Shown piece by piece: positions 1 through 8,648 of a DNA stretch of 64,000 nucleotides. Position 1 is the first letter of the stretch. Each line of letters begins with the position of its first letter. The DNA is taken from positions 11-64,010 of the forward strand of contig JAJRQY010000006.1 of the NCBI GenBank assembly GCA_024280015.1, given 5' to 3'. Below the pieces are notes generated by a model, which did no database searches, was not told the DNA's origin, and saw only the letters and a list, made by a program, of their open reading frames with translations. The DNA comes from Actinomycetes bacterium (GTDB lineage Bacteria; Actinomycetota; Acidimicrobiia; Acidimicrobiales; SZUA-35). Position numbers and translations under genes: made by a program.

Positions 1-291
1 AATGCGTTCGATCTTCTTGAGCAACAAGATGAAGCCCATGACCGTTCCGATTTCCAACGTGCCGTGAACGCTCACGTGAACAACAAGCTCGGTCCGTAGG
101 TCCTGCTCGGCCTGGTTGATCCGGTGATCGGTTGCCCGAATGTCTTCGGCCACCGACTCAGGCAGTGCGCCAGTTAGCAGGGCGATTGTCGCCAGGTCAA
201 AGGAGTGACGGGCATCGGCCAGCATGGCGATGGAACGCGTCTCGATGTGTTCGAGCCCAGTCGGACCCTTGCGAAAAAATGACATGACCAT
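1..291 (-). CDS. PhoU-like / DUF47-type phosphate-transport accessory protein (N-terminal part; runs off window edge)
   Basis: Manual minus-strand translation from ATG at 291 gives MVMSFFRKGPTGLEHIETRSIAMLADARHSFDLATIALL...VMGFILLLKKIERI and stays open to position 1. There is a GAGGAG-like RBS at about 293-302. The helical 'LLKKIERI' segment is typical of PhoU/DUF47 proteins. The gene lies 12 nt downstream of the Na/Pi symporter. Confidence 0.55.
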   Translation of the reverse strand, partial: MVMSFFRKGPTGLEHIETRSIAMLADARHSFDLATIALLTGALPESVAEDIRATDHRINQAEQDLRTELVVHVSVHGTLEIGTVMGFILLLKKIERI

Positions 292-303
292 GCAGGTTCT
301 CCT

Positions 304-1479
304 CTATCGAAGGAAGGTGACACCCAAGAGAGGTAACACAATAAACAAAACAACGACATATGCCACTGCCCAGATTTTTCGCTCAACTGCGAGGTCGGCC
401 AGTTTCTCTGCGGCCATGATCGGGACATTGCGAGCGATGGGGATGACGTAGAGCAAGACAATTCCAGCCACATTGAAGGTCGTGTGGGCTAAGCCGACGG
501 TCAAGGAGTTCGGGTTGGATGCCGCCATTGCCGCCAAGAGGGCAGTAATGGTGGTGCCAACATTTGCTCCCAGGGTGACGGGGTAGGCATTGCGAAGTGA
601 GAGAACACCGGCAGCGGAGAGCGGAATCAGGATCGAGGTGGTGATGCTGGAGGATTGCACGGCGACGGTGATGATCAGACCAAGCAGCATGGCTATGGCG
701 CCGCCACCCTTGCCAAGCACGGCGTTGACTGATCGCTCCACCCGGTCAGCGACCAGGGTGCGCATATTCTTGGTGATCAGGGCGAGGGCCAGCAAGATGA
801 TGACCAGCCCAGTCAGAACCATGAGTGTGCCCCGCAGTGTGTCCGACAGGCCGACTTGCTCCCAGATGGACTTGAGGAATTTGACCGGTCCCTTGACCCA
901 CGCCTTTACCGGGCTCTTCCACTCGGTTCCGCCGCCGCTGCCAACCAGGAATTCGCTGATGGCTCGAGCAATATTGGAGATGGCGTGGGTGTAGATCTCG
1001 ACTGGTAGGAGGACGGCGACTGCCAGCAGGTTGAAGAAATCGTGCACGGTTGCGGCGGCAAAGGCTCGCTTGAACTCAACTGATTGACGAACGTGGCCGA
1101 GCGAAACCAGAGTATTTGTCACGGTCGTACCGATATTGGCTCCCATCACCATGGGAACAGCTGCTTCGACTCCCAGCTTGTTGGTGGCGACCATGCCAAC
1201 AATGACCGAGGTGCTGGCCGAAGAAGACTGAACCAGTACGGTGCCAAGAATGCCAACGCACAATCCCGCAATTGGGTTGCTCACCGCGGAGAACAAACGC
1301 TCCTGGGTGTCTTCTCCCATGATCTTGATGCCAGCTTCGAGGGAGGAAACGCCAACGAGAAAGACATAGATCAGGCCGACGACGAAGGCAGAACGAATCG
1401 GTGTCGGGATGTCGAATCTCGGCGAATCAGTGGAGCTTGACATAGCGCACTGGCAAGTTATCAATCCTGAAGGCCGCAT
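304..1479 (-). CDS. Na+/phosphate cotransporter family protein (PF02690-like)
   Basis: 391-aa polytopic ORF with duplicated GAN(I/V)GTT motifs (MGANIGTTVTNTLV and LGANVGTTITALLA), which are characteristic of bacterial Na/Pi symporters. Confidence 0.85.
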   Translation of the reverse strand: MRPSGLITCQCAMSSSTDSPRFDIPTPIRSAFVVGLIYVFLVGVSSLEAGIKIMGEDTQERLFSAVSNPIAGLCVGILGTVLVQSSSASTSVIVGMVATNKLGVEAAVPMVMGANIGTTVTNTLVSLGHVRQSVEFKRAFAAATVHDFFNLLAVAVLLPVEIYTHAISNIARAISEFLVGSGGGTEWKSPVKAWVKGPVKFLKSIWEQVGLSDTLRGTLMVLTGLVIILLALALITKNMRTLVADRVERSVNAVLGKGGGAIAMLLGLIITVAVQSSSITTSILIPLSAAGVLSLRNAYPVTLGANVGTTITALLAAMAASNPNSLTVGLAHTTFNVAGIVLLYVIPIARNVPIMAAEKLADLAVERKIWAVAYVVVLFIVLPLLGVTFLR

Positions 1480-1559
1480 TGACCAGAGCCAAGCTAATTC
1501 AACGAATTGTGGTCTTTGTACCTCCAGGTATTTCTTCGATCTTTCGGTAATCTCTGCCG

Positions 1560-2513
1560 ATGGGGATGACTACGATCGTCTCCTTGGTCAGCAGTCGGAT
1601 ACTCATCGAGCTCAGCTGGTCACAGCACGAGCCACGAGTTCGTGTTCGTGATGAGCTAGCCAGAACGTCTGCTCACGTTCCACTGATTGGGCTTGAGCTG
1701 AACTATCGCCTCGATGCTTCCAGTAGCAGGCTGTGCTTGGGGCACCGAGCGTTTGGTGGAGACGGGGCCGTCTATATCGACTGCACTCGGAAACCAAAGC
1801 CGGGGGCAAAAAAGTGTGTTCGGTGCTCGGTGCATGATGTTGCCTTTGCCGCCAATATCCATCAAGCACATAAGAAGGATCGCCGTGACATTGATCCGTT
1901 CTTTGCTCTCCACCTGGCCAAACCGAACCTGCTCTACCTGGCTGGCTTTCGTGACGGCTCAATCAAGGTTGGAACCACGACTGAGCAACGCTGCGTTGAG
2001 CGGCTGCGGGAGCAGGGAGCTTGGCTGGCTCGCTTCATTGGTCGGGCCAGTGATGGATTTGTGGTGCGAGAAATGGAAGACCTGGTGACAGAGTTTGTCG
2101 GTGTTGCTCAGTCAGTGAGTGCTCGTCGCAAGCTCACCGGCCTGGAGCGGCCATGCTCAACCGAGGCACTGTTCGAGCGAATTGATGACCGAGCAGGGAA
2201 AGCGGTTTCGCTCATCGAAGGGTTGGACGACGATCGTCTGACAGCAATGAGCGAAGACTGGACTTTTCCTGGCCAAGCCCGGCCCTGGTGGAAGGCCCCG
2301 GTGCTGTATCCGGTGTCACTCGAAGTCGGCAGTCACGATCTGCAGGTGATCGATGCCTGTGGACGCTCGGTGCTCCTGACCCGTCGAAGCTCTGCTGGAA
2401 CAATTGATCCCGACATGTTTCTTGCCGATATTGGTCAACTCTTTGGCTGGGAGCTAGAGCTCGGCCAGTTCACCGCTGATGCGATCGCCATGCAGCCCTC
2501 ACTCTTTGGCTGA
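1560..2513 (+). CDS. hypothetical protein, DUF2797-like (Cys cluster plus GIY-YIG/T5orf172-like 'LLYLAGFRDGSIKVGTT' segment)
   Basis: 317-aa ORF divergent from the symporter. It has a Cys cluster (C-x10-C-x2-C, CTRKPKPGAKKCVRC) followed by LYLAGF..IKVGTT. The family assignment is from memory only. Confidence 0.5.
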   Translation: MGMTTIVSLVSSRILIELSWSQHEPRVRVRDELARTSAHVPLIGLELNYRLDASSSRLCLGHRAFGGDGAVYIDCTRKPKPGAKKCVRCSVHDVAFAANIHQAHKKDRRDIDPFFALHLAKPNLLYLAGFRDGSIKVGTTTEQRCVERLREQGAWLARFIGRASDGFVVREMEDLVTEFVGVAQSVSARRKLTGLERPCSTEALFERIDDRAGKAVSLIEGLDDDRLTAMSEDWTFPGQARPWWKAPVLYPVSLEVGSHDLQVIDACGRSVLLTRRSSAGTIDPDMFLADIGQLFGWELELGQFTADAIAMQPSLFG

Positions 2514-2595
2514 GATTCGTCAGTCGAAGCAGACCCAATGCTTGCACTGCCGGGCCTCCGAATCAGAAAACAGCGACGGGCCAAGAGTATTGCTC

Positions 2596-3843
2596 CTAGG
2601 CCAGAACACTCTTCTCCCGGACGGCCAGTGAATCCCGATCGATGGACAAGAAGTCGTGGGCGATATCGACGTCACCCTCAATGACCGAGTCGGTCAAGAT
2701 CTGAGCCAACAGGTTACCGACCGCCGGACCGAGTTTGAAGCCGTGGCCGCTATAGCCATTGGAGACATGGAAGCCGTCAAGGTGGGTTGGGCCCAGGATG
2801 GGGTGCACGTCTTGCTCGGTCATGGTGTACATGCCGGCGATTCCTGTTACCTGGCCGCGATATTCCAGACTGGGGATGCGGTGATGCAACCCATGTAACA
2901 ATCCGGCCTTCGACTCCTCATCGATGGAGGCCTTGTAGACATCGGGGTTAGCGATGGTCTCCTGCTCGTCTTCAGGACGAATAGAACCAACCAGGATCTG
3001 TTGCCCCCTGCTCTCAGGCCGGAAGTAGATGCCTCCTGCGGCATCGGCGACCATGGGAAGTCCGCCCGGCAGGGGATTGATGGTTGCCCGCAACATGACC
3101 TGTATCCGGGTTGGGATCAGATCCCACTTGTGCTCGATGCCAGCCATCCTATTGAGTTCGTTACACCACGGCCCAGCAGCATTGACGATCTGGGGAGCAT
3201 CGATGGACTCACCACTCGCTAAGTCAACACCGATGACTCGGCCCCCTTGGGTACGCAAGGCGGACACCCGGCTAGTGAGGCGAACATCAACGCCATCTCG
3301 GCGACAAGCGTCAAGCAGATCCTGGGCTGCTCCCGCAGGATCAGTGCAATAGCCGCCATCATCTTCGAACAAGAACGTCTCTGTCTGACCACACTCATGT
3401 TCTGTGCCTTCGGCAAAATCTATCGATGTTGAGCAAGTGGAAAGGGAAGGGAAACGTCCAGTTAGTTCATCGCGGGTCAGTACTTGGGCCGGAGCGCCAA
3501 TGCTGCGAATCCGATCGCGTTCAGCGGTGACGGCCGCCGCGTCTTCGCCCAGCATCCACAGCACACCAATCTGCTCCATCGAGGCACGAGCCGACTCCAA
3601 GCCGGTGTAGTCGGCCCAGTCGCGATAACGGTTCTGGCCATATAGGGCCATACGCATCGTGTCCAGGTGGCTGTAGCGAAGCCGCAGACAGGCTGACGAC
3701 GAGCCAGTCGAGCCTTGCCCAACACCTGAGCCCTTCTCTAAGACAACAATCCTTCCAGCCTGACGGCGCGCCAGCTCATACGCGGTAGAGAGCCCGATGA
3801 GGCCACCGCCGATGATGAGAATGTCCGCTGTCTCAGTTGCCAT
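2596..3843 (-). CDS. FAD-dependent oxidoreductase (DAO family, sarcosine/D-amino-acid oxidase-like)
   Basis: N-terminal Rossmann motif DILIIGGGLIGLSTAYELARR, 415 aa, DAO-type C-terminal GHGFKLGP motif. Confidence 0.85.
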   Translation of the reverse strand: MATETADILIIGGGLIGLSTAYELARRQAGRIVVLEKGSGVGQGSTGSSSACLRLRYSHLDTMRMALYGQNRYRDWADYTGLESARASMEQIGVLWMLGEDAAAVTAERDRIRSIGAPAQVLTRDELTGRFPSLSTCSTSIDFAEGTEHECGQTETFLFEDDGGYCTDPAGAAQDLLDACRRDGVDVRLTSRVSALRTQGGRVIGVDLASGESIDAPQIVNAAGPWCNELNRMAGIEHKWDLIPTRIQVMLRATINPLPGGLPMVADAAGGIYFRPESRGQQILVGSIRPEDEQETIANPDVYKASIDEESKAGLLHGLHHRIPSLEYRGQVTGIAGMYTMTEQDVHPILGPTHLDGFHVSNGYSGHGFKLGPAVGNLLAQILTDSVIEGDVDIAHDFLSIDRDSLAVREKSVLA

Positions 3844-4016
3844 CTCTGTTCCAGTCCAACTCGTTGTTGCCGGGCCTGTATCCGGTCAGGTTCAGAAACT
3901 AGTCGATTCGGAGCGGTCTGGGAATCGATGCGGTTCCTGTTGGCTGCCCAGTCGACCATGAAGCCGACTGGGCTTCGGTCTGGGCTACGGACTGGGCCCT
4001 ATTCTGAACTACGTTC

Positions 4017-4856
4017 TTGCCCATGTCACGAAGCAGCCAGAAGCGATCCTCGCGGGTCTTTGACCTTCCGATTCATCGATGCTCAAGGTGGATTTTCAAT
4101 TGCTATGTGATCGAGGGCGACGACAATCAGACCGTCATCATTGACCCAGGCCTTCCTAGCACCGCTGCTCTGTCGATTGATCTCATCACTCGGCTGGGTC
4201 GATCCTCAACAGAGCTGCACAGTATGGCAACCCATGGGCATAGCGATCATGTCGGTGGCCTGCCGATGATGCGTCAGAGGCTCGGCTCGGCCACCCACTT
4301 GCCGGGCCTGTGCGAGAGCTATCTGCAAGGTACCAAGCCCCGGGCCTTTGGTAGCGACGCTGCCCTGCGTTTTTTGCCGATCTTTGGACAGCAGCCCTTC
4401 TCTGGCACAGCCTTGCGGGAGTTTGTTGGCGGTAGCACGAAGATCGGATTTGGCGGTCAGGCCGAACAGTTCCAGTTCCCCTATGAGCCAACCGGGTTCT
4501 TGCAAGACGGAGATCGGGTTCCTGGTGGCAAGGAATGGGAAGTGATTGCATCACCTGGTCACGCTGATGAGGCCGTGAGCTACTTTCATGCAGACTCGGG
4601 CACATTGTTGTCCGGTGACGCCGTCGTCACCCTTGACGGGGAGGCCTGGTTTAATCCCGAGTGGGTTGATGAAACCGCGTGTCGCCAGACTGAAGAGCGA
4701 CTGCGTTCCCTTGACGTGAACTATCTGTTGCCGGGCCATGGCCTCCCCATTTGGGGCAATCCGTGGAAGCAGGCAAAGTCATTCAAGGACCAGCCTCAGG
4801 GTCGCGGTGGATTGGCTCGTTGCTCGCGCCGCTTTGGGGGCTGGGACTCGTTGTGA
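4017..4856 (+). CDS. MBL-fold metallo-hydrolase
   Basis: HxHxDH motif (THGHSDHVGG) plus downstream PGHA and PGHG His motifs. TTG at 4017; an alternative ATG lies at 4023. Confidence 0.8.
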   Translation: MPMSRSSQKRSSRVFDLPIHRCSRWIFNCYVIEGDDNQTVIIDPGLPSTAALSIDLITRLGRSSTELHSMATHGHSDHVGGLPMMRQRLGSATHLPGLCESYLQGTKPRAFGSDAALRFLPIFGQQPFSGTALREFVGGSTKIGFGGQAEQFQFPYEPTGFLQDGDRVPGGKEWEVIASPGHADEAVSYFHADSGTLLSGDAVVTLDGEAWFNPEWVDETACRQTEERLRSLDVNYLLPGHGLPIWGNPWKQAKSFKDQPQGRGGLARCSRRFGGWDSL

Positions 4857-4897
4857 GGTAGGCCTCGGCTGTGCAATCGAGGGGAGCGACTAAGAAG

Positions 4898-5761
4898 CTA
4901 CTTGTCAGCGCTAACGGCGAACCCGGACATGAAAGGCTTCTGGAGCGCGATGAAGACGAGGGCCGGTGGTAACGATGCGAGGAGCGCGGCCAGCATGAGC
5001 GGCCCATAAGTGATTCCCGTGTCGGTGCTCTTCAACCGCTCCAGGCCCTGTTGAACGACCTGGCTGTTGGGGTCAGAAACAATCAGGACTGGCCAGAGGT
5101 ACATATTCCACACAAAGACGAACTGGATTACAGCCAGGGCACCAATCACGTTCCAGGACAACGGAATGAGGATCTTGAACAGGAATTGAAGGGGCGACGC
5201 CCCATCAATTTGTGCTGCTTCGGACAGGTCCTTTGGCAGGTTGGCGAAGTGCTGTCGGAACAAGAAAGCTCCAGTGGCTGAAGCGGCAAAGGGGATCACG
5301 AGTCCCGCCATGCTGTTCTTGAGGCCCAGATCAGATACGAGCCGGAACATGGCCAGAATCATGACTTCGGTTGGCATCATCAGAGTGATGAGTACCAAGA
5401 AGAAGACAATCCATTTGCCCCGGAAGGAGAAGTAGACAAAGGCCAGGCCAGCCAGCAGTGACAACACCGTCTTGATGACGGTGATGAGTACCGCTTGAAC
5501 GACAGAGTTCCACATCAGTCGACCCAAATTGGCACCATTCCAGACCTGATCAAAGTGAGTACCTAACGAGGAACCGGGTGTAAGCTGGAAGTTGTTGATC
5601 TGGGTATTGGACTGGGTGGAGATCAGTGCCGCGTAGGCCAAGGGGAAGACGACAACGGCAATGGCAAGCAAGAGGGAGACATGGCGGGGCCAGTCTCGTC
5701 CGCGGACGATGCCGACCTTGCCAACATTCATGGTCAGGTTGTCTTGTTCACGAACCCGCAT
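4898..5761 (-). CDS. carbohydrate ABC transporter permease (UgpE/MalG-like)
   Basis: Six-TM permease with an EAA-type loop (LSEAAQIDGASPLQFLFKILIPL). I trimmed the start from 5809 to the MRVREQ ATG at 5761, and 5731 is also possible. It overlaps the upstream permease stop. Confidence 0.85.
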   Translation of the reverse strand: MRVREQDNLTMNVGKVGIVRGRDWPRHVSLLLAIAVVVFPLAYAALISTQSNTQINNFQLTPGSSLGTHFDQVWNGANLGRLMWNSVVQAVLITVIKTVLSLLAGLAFVYFSFRGKWIVFFLVLITLMMPTEVMILAMFRLVSDLGLKNSMAGLVIPFAASATGAFLFRQHFANLPKDLSEAAQIDGASPLQFLFKILIPLSWNVIGALAVIQFVFVWNMYLWPVLIVSDPNSQVVQQGLERLKSTDTGITYGPLMLAALLASLPPALVFIALQKPFMSGFAVSADK

Positions 5762-7097
5762 AGCTGACCCGCCCTTCTGATTGACGGAATTGCCAGGCCG
5801 TAAGGCCAATCACCGCGAGGAACAAGAGCACCGATTGGGCCGCGCCCTTTCCGATGTTCTGGTTGTTCACACCAACCCGGATGATCTCATAGATGGCCAC
5901 CGAGGTCGAACTGGCTGGGGCACCCTTGGTCAATAGGTCGACGGTTCCGTATACCTCAAAGAATGAGTAGGTCAGGTTGGTGACCAGCAGGAAGAAGGCG
6001 ATTGGGCCGAGCGCAGGCATCACGATGAGGCGGAACCGTTGCCAGGCGTTCGCTCCGTCCAGGGTCGCCGCTTCGATTTGGGCTCGAGGAACCGTTTGCA
6101 GGCCAGCGAGGAAGAACAGCAAGTTATAGCCCAACAGCTTCCACACCGAGGCTAGGACAATGACCCCTCGGGCCATTCCCGCGGAGGCGGTGTAATTCGG
6201 GAACTCAATACCAATCTTGTCGGCGAGGAAGGCAAAGATGCCGGCAGTGGCGTTAAACATCATGAAGAACAAGATTCCCGCAACCGGGGGCGAGATGGCG
6301 TAGGGCCAGATCAGCAAGGTCCGATAGACGGTGATTCCCCGTATGCGCCCGAAGGCAAGGTACGCCATCGCTAGTCCAACCGTCATTGCCAGAGCAACGA
6401 TTGAGAGAGAAATGATGATGGTGTTCAGATAGATGAGCCGATAGCCGCCAGTACCGGACTCGGTTTCGAACATGAAATAGAAGGCGAAGACCACAGCCAA
6501 GATGCCCATGGGCTGCAAGGTCTTGGCAATGGAGTGAGACCGAGTTCCCGGCGTAGAGCGCTTGCTCCACAGAGCGACGCCCCAGATCATGGCGATAGCC
6601 ACCAGGGGAAGCATGGCAATTCGTGTTGGGCTCTCAACCATCAGGTCAGAGAAGTTGCTGAGGCACCGGTCAGCGGTCCTTGGCGACGTCAGGTTGGCCA
6701 GCTTGGTGGACAGGGTGAAGGTCTGGAAGGCCGGAAGGTAGAGAAACAGGATCAAGATGAGCAGGGTGGGTGAGAGAAGCAACCACGGCCAGTACCAGCC
6801 GAGCTTGTAGGTTCCCGAGCGGTTCTCGCCTGAGCCAAGATCGGCTGAACGCTGTCCCAAGACAGCACGGGTGCCAGCGCCGAACATCCAGGCAAAGGCG
6901 CCTGCTAGTCCGATTCCCAGCACGGCCTCGGTCGAAGCTGCATCGGCGGCGAAGGTGCAGAGCCGCAGGGATCCGAGTATGACTGAGCCACCGAGTAGAC
7001 CAAGGGCAGCGCCCATGGCGCCCTCCCGGACGGATTTGTATCCGAACGAGAGGGCACCAAGTAGTGCTGCAACAATAATGCTGGCAACAATACCCAT
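5748..7097 (-). CDS. carbohydrate ABC transporter permease (UgpA/MalF-like) with extra N-terminal TM segment(s)
   Basis: EAA loop IEAATLDGANAWQRFRLIVMP. The ORF-track start at 7229 overlaps the SBP gene, and the ATG at 7097 (MGIVASII...) lies just after the SBP stop at 7105. About 130 aa of hydrophobic extension precede the canonical WYWPWLLLSPTLL helix. Confidence 0.85.
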   Translation of the reverse strand: MGIVASIIVAALLGALSFGYKSVREGAMGAALGLLGGSVILGSLRLCTFAADAASTEAVLGIGLAGAFAWMFGAGTRAVLGQRSADLGSGENRSGTYKLGWYWPWLLLSPTLLILILFLYLPAFQTFTLSTKLANLTSPRTADRCLSNFSDLMVESPTRIAMLPLVAIAMIWGVALWSKRSTPGTRSHSIAKTLQPMGILAVVFAFYFMFETESGTGGYRLIYLNTIIISLSIVALAMTVGLAMAYLAFGRIRGITVYRTLLIWPYAISPPVAGILFFMMFNATAGIFAFLADKIGIEFPNYTASAGMARGVIVLASVWKLLGYNLLFFLAGLQTVPRAQIEAATLDGANAWQRFRLIVMPALGPIAFFLLVTNLTYSFFEVYGTVDLLTKGAPASSTSVAIYEIIRVGVNNQNIGKGAAQSVLLFLAVIGLTAWQFRQSEGRVSYAGS

Positions 7098-7104
7098 CGG
7101 CGTA

Positions 7105-8487
7105 TCAGCCGTTGAGTTCGTTGTAGTCATCCAGCAAGGTCTGGGCCTCGCTTTGAGCTGAACCCATGCGCTCGGTGACGTCGACGTCATTGACGAGGAT
7201 GTCTTCGATGGCGAGGGTGACAACGTCACGGATGGAAACGAAGTTTCCGAGCAATGCTCCGGTGGAAGCCGGGGTATCGGCCGCAGCGTTCAGCTGGTCA
7301 GAGGCAACGAGGGAGTTTGGTGACTCGGTGTACCAGCCCTCGCTCTCAAGCTGGGCAACAGCGGCATTGGTGATTGGGATGTAGCCGGTCAGCTTGTGCC
7401 AGTCGCCAGCGTTCTTCGGGTTAGAGAAGAAGTTCAAGAAGGCAAGAGCGCCATCTTGTTCGGCGGTTGACAGGCCACTGGTCATCCAGATCGTCGCTCC
7501 ACCAATCAGGTTGCCAGCGTAGGCGGCATCCCCATTGTGAGGCATGAAGGACGAACGAACATCGACACTATTTTCCTTACCAGTGTCGGTGAGGACGGTG
7601 GTATCGGATGATGAGTACACCAGCATGGCGACGTTGCCAGCATTGAATGCTGATGCGGTGCCAGCCCAGTCTCGCTGGGTTCCGGTGTAGACGTAGTGTC
7701 CGGCATCCTCAAGGTCACTCCACCACTGGACATAGTCCAAAGCAGCATCGGAGTTAAGGAATACTTCGGTTGCCCGATCGGCACGACCGTTCTCGTTGTT
7801 GGCAAGGTCGGCGCCAGCCTGACCAAGTGCTTGCTCGAAGAACCAGCCGTGGTTTGGCCAGGTAATGCAACCCTCAGACGGAGCATCAGGCAGAGCCATG
7901 ATGGCGTCACATGCTGCTTCGACCTCAGCCCAGGTGTCGGGCGGATCAGAAATACCAGCTGCTTCAAGGATTCCCATATTGGAGAACATCGTGGTTGTCG
8001 AGGTGTTCCAGGGCATTGAGTAGAGCTGGTTGTCAATGGTGTAGTACTTGGTTGCCGCCGAAACGACGTCGTCGATTACCACTGGTTCGCCCAGGATTTC
8101 ATCGCGGCCGTCAATCGCTTCGGTTACCGAAGCAAAGATGGCATTGCCGTCCTTGTCCTTTGCGTCCAGAGCTTGCTGGGTTGCAGCCTCGAAGAAGTGG
8201 ATGAGTTCTGGCGGGTTGCCGTCATCGATGGCGAGCGCAGCCTGCTCAAAGACGGTGTTGTATGAGTCGAAGGACTGGACTACGACGTTGTACTCCGGAT
8301 GAGCCGTATTGAACTCGGCGGCCTTCTCCTCAGTAAATCCCTTGCGGGCATCATCACTGAATGCGATCCACATGTCGATAGTCACAGGATTGTCTGCGGT
8401 CGCAGCATCTCCTCCGCCATCGTCACTGCCGCCACAGGCGGAAGCGATTAGAGCGAATGCAGTTAATAGTCCGAAAATTCTCTTCAT
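7105..8487 (-). CDS. ABC transporter substrate-binding lipoprotein (sugar / glycerol-phosphate type)
   Basis: Lipobox LIASAC at the N-terminus. 460 aa, a typical family-1 SBP size. It is the first gene of the SBP-permease-permease operon. Confidence 0.85.
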   Translation of the reverse strand: MKRIFGLLTAFALIASACGGSDDGGGDAATADNPVTIDMWIAFSDDARKGFTEEKAAEFNTAHPEYNVVVQSFDSYNTVFEQAALAIDDGNPPELIHFFEAATQQALDAKDKDGNAIFASVTEAIDGRDEILGEPVVIDDVVSAATKYYTIDNQLYSMPWNTSTTTMFSNMGILEAAGISDPPDTWAEVEAACDAIMALPDAPSEGCITWPNHGWFFEQALGQAGADLANNENGRADRATEVFLNSDAALDYVQWWSDLEDAGHYVYTGTQRDWAGTASAFNAGNVAMLVYSSSDTTVLTDTGKENSVDVRSSFMPHNGDAAYAGNLIGGATIWMTSGLSTAEQDGALAFLNFFSNPKNAGDWHKLTGYIPITNAAVAQLESEGWYTESPNSLVASDQLNAAADTPASTGALLGNFVSIRDVVTLAIEDILVNDVDVTERMGSAQSEAQTLLDDYNELNG

Positions 8488-8648
8488 GAGAACTCCTCTC
8501 CTAGTTGGACATTTTCAGTCACCCTAGCCAGGCAGAGGGGACTGAAACCGTGAAAGTAACAAAAAGCCTTTTGATCACTCTGAGCGGTTCAATCAACACA
8601 GAAGAGTGGGTTCCGCTTCGCGGGGCTGAAGGCCTAAGTTGGTTGCCA

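Noticed and set aside
5748-7229. ORF-track N-terminal extensions: permease to 7229, DLH to 32824, sulfatase to 27237, trkA to 52658, pyrC from 10446.
   Set aside because: The extensions overlap neighbouring genes and are Ser/Arg/Pro-rich without homology-like features. Internal starts coincide with the beginning of recognisable domains.
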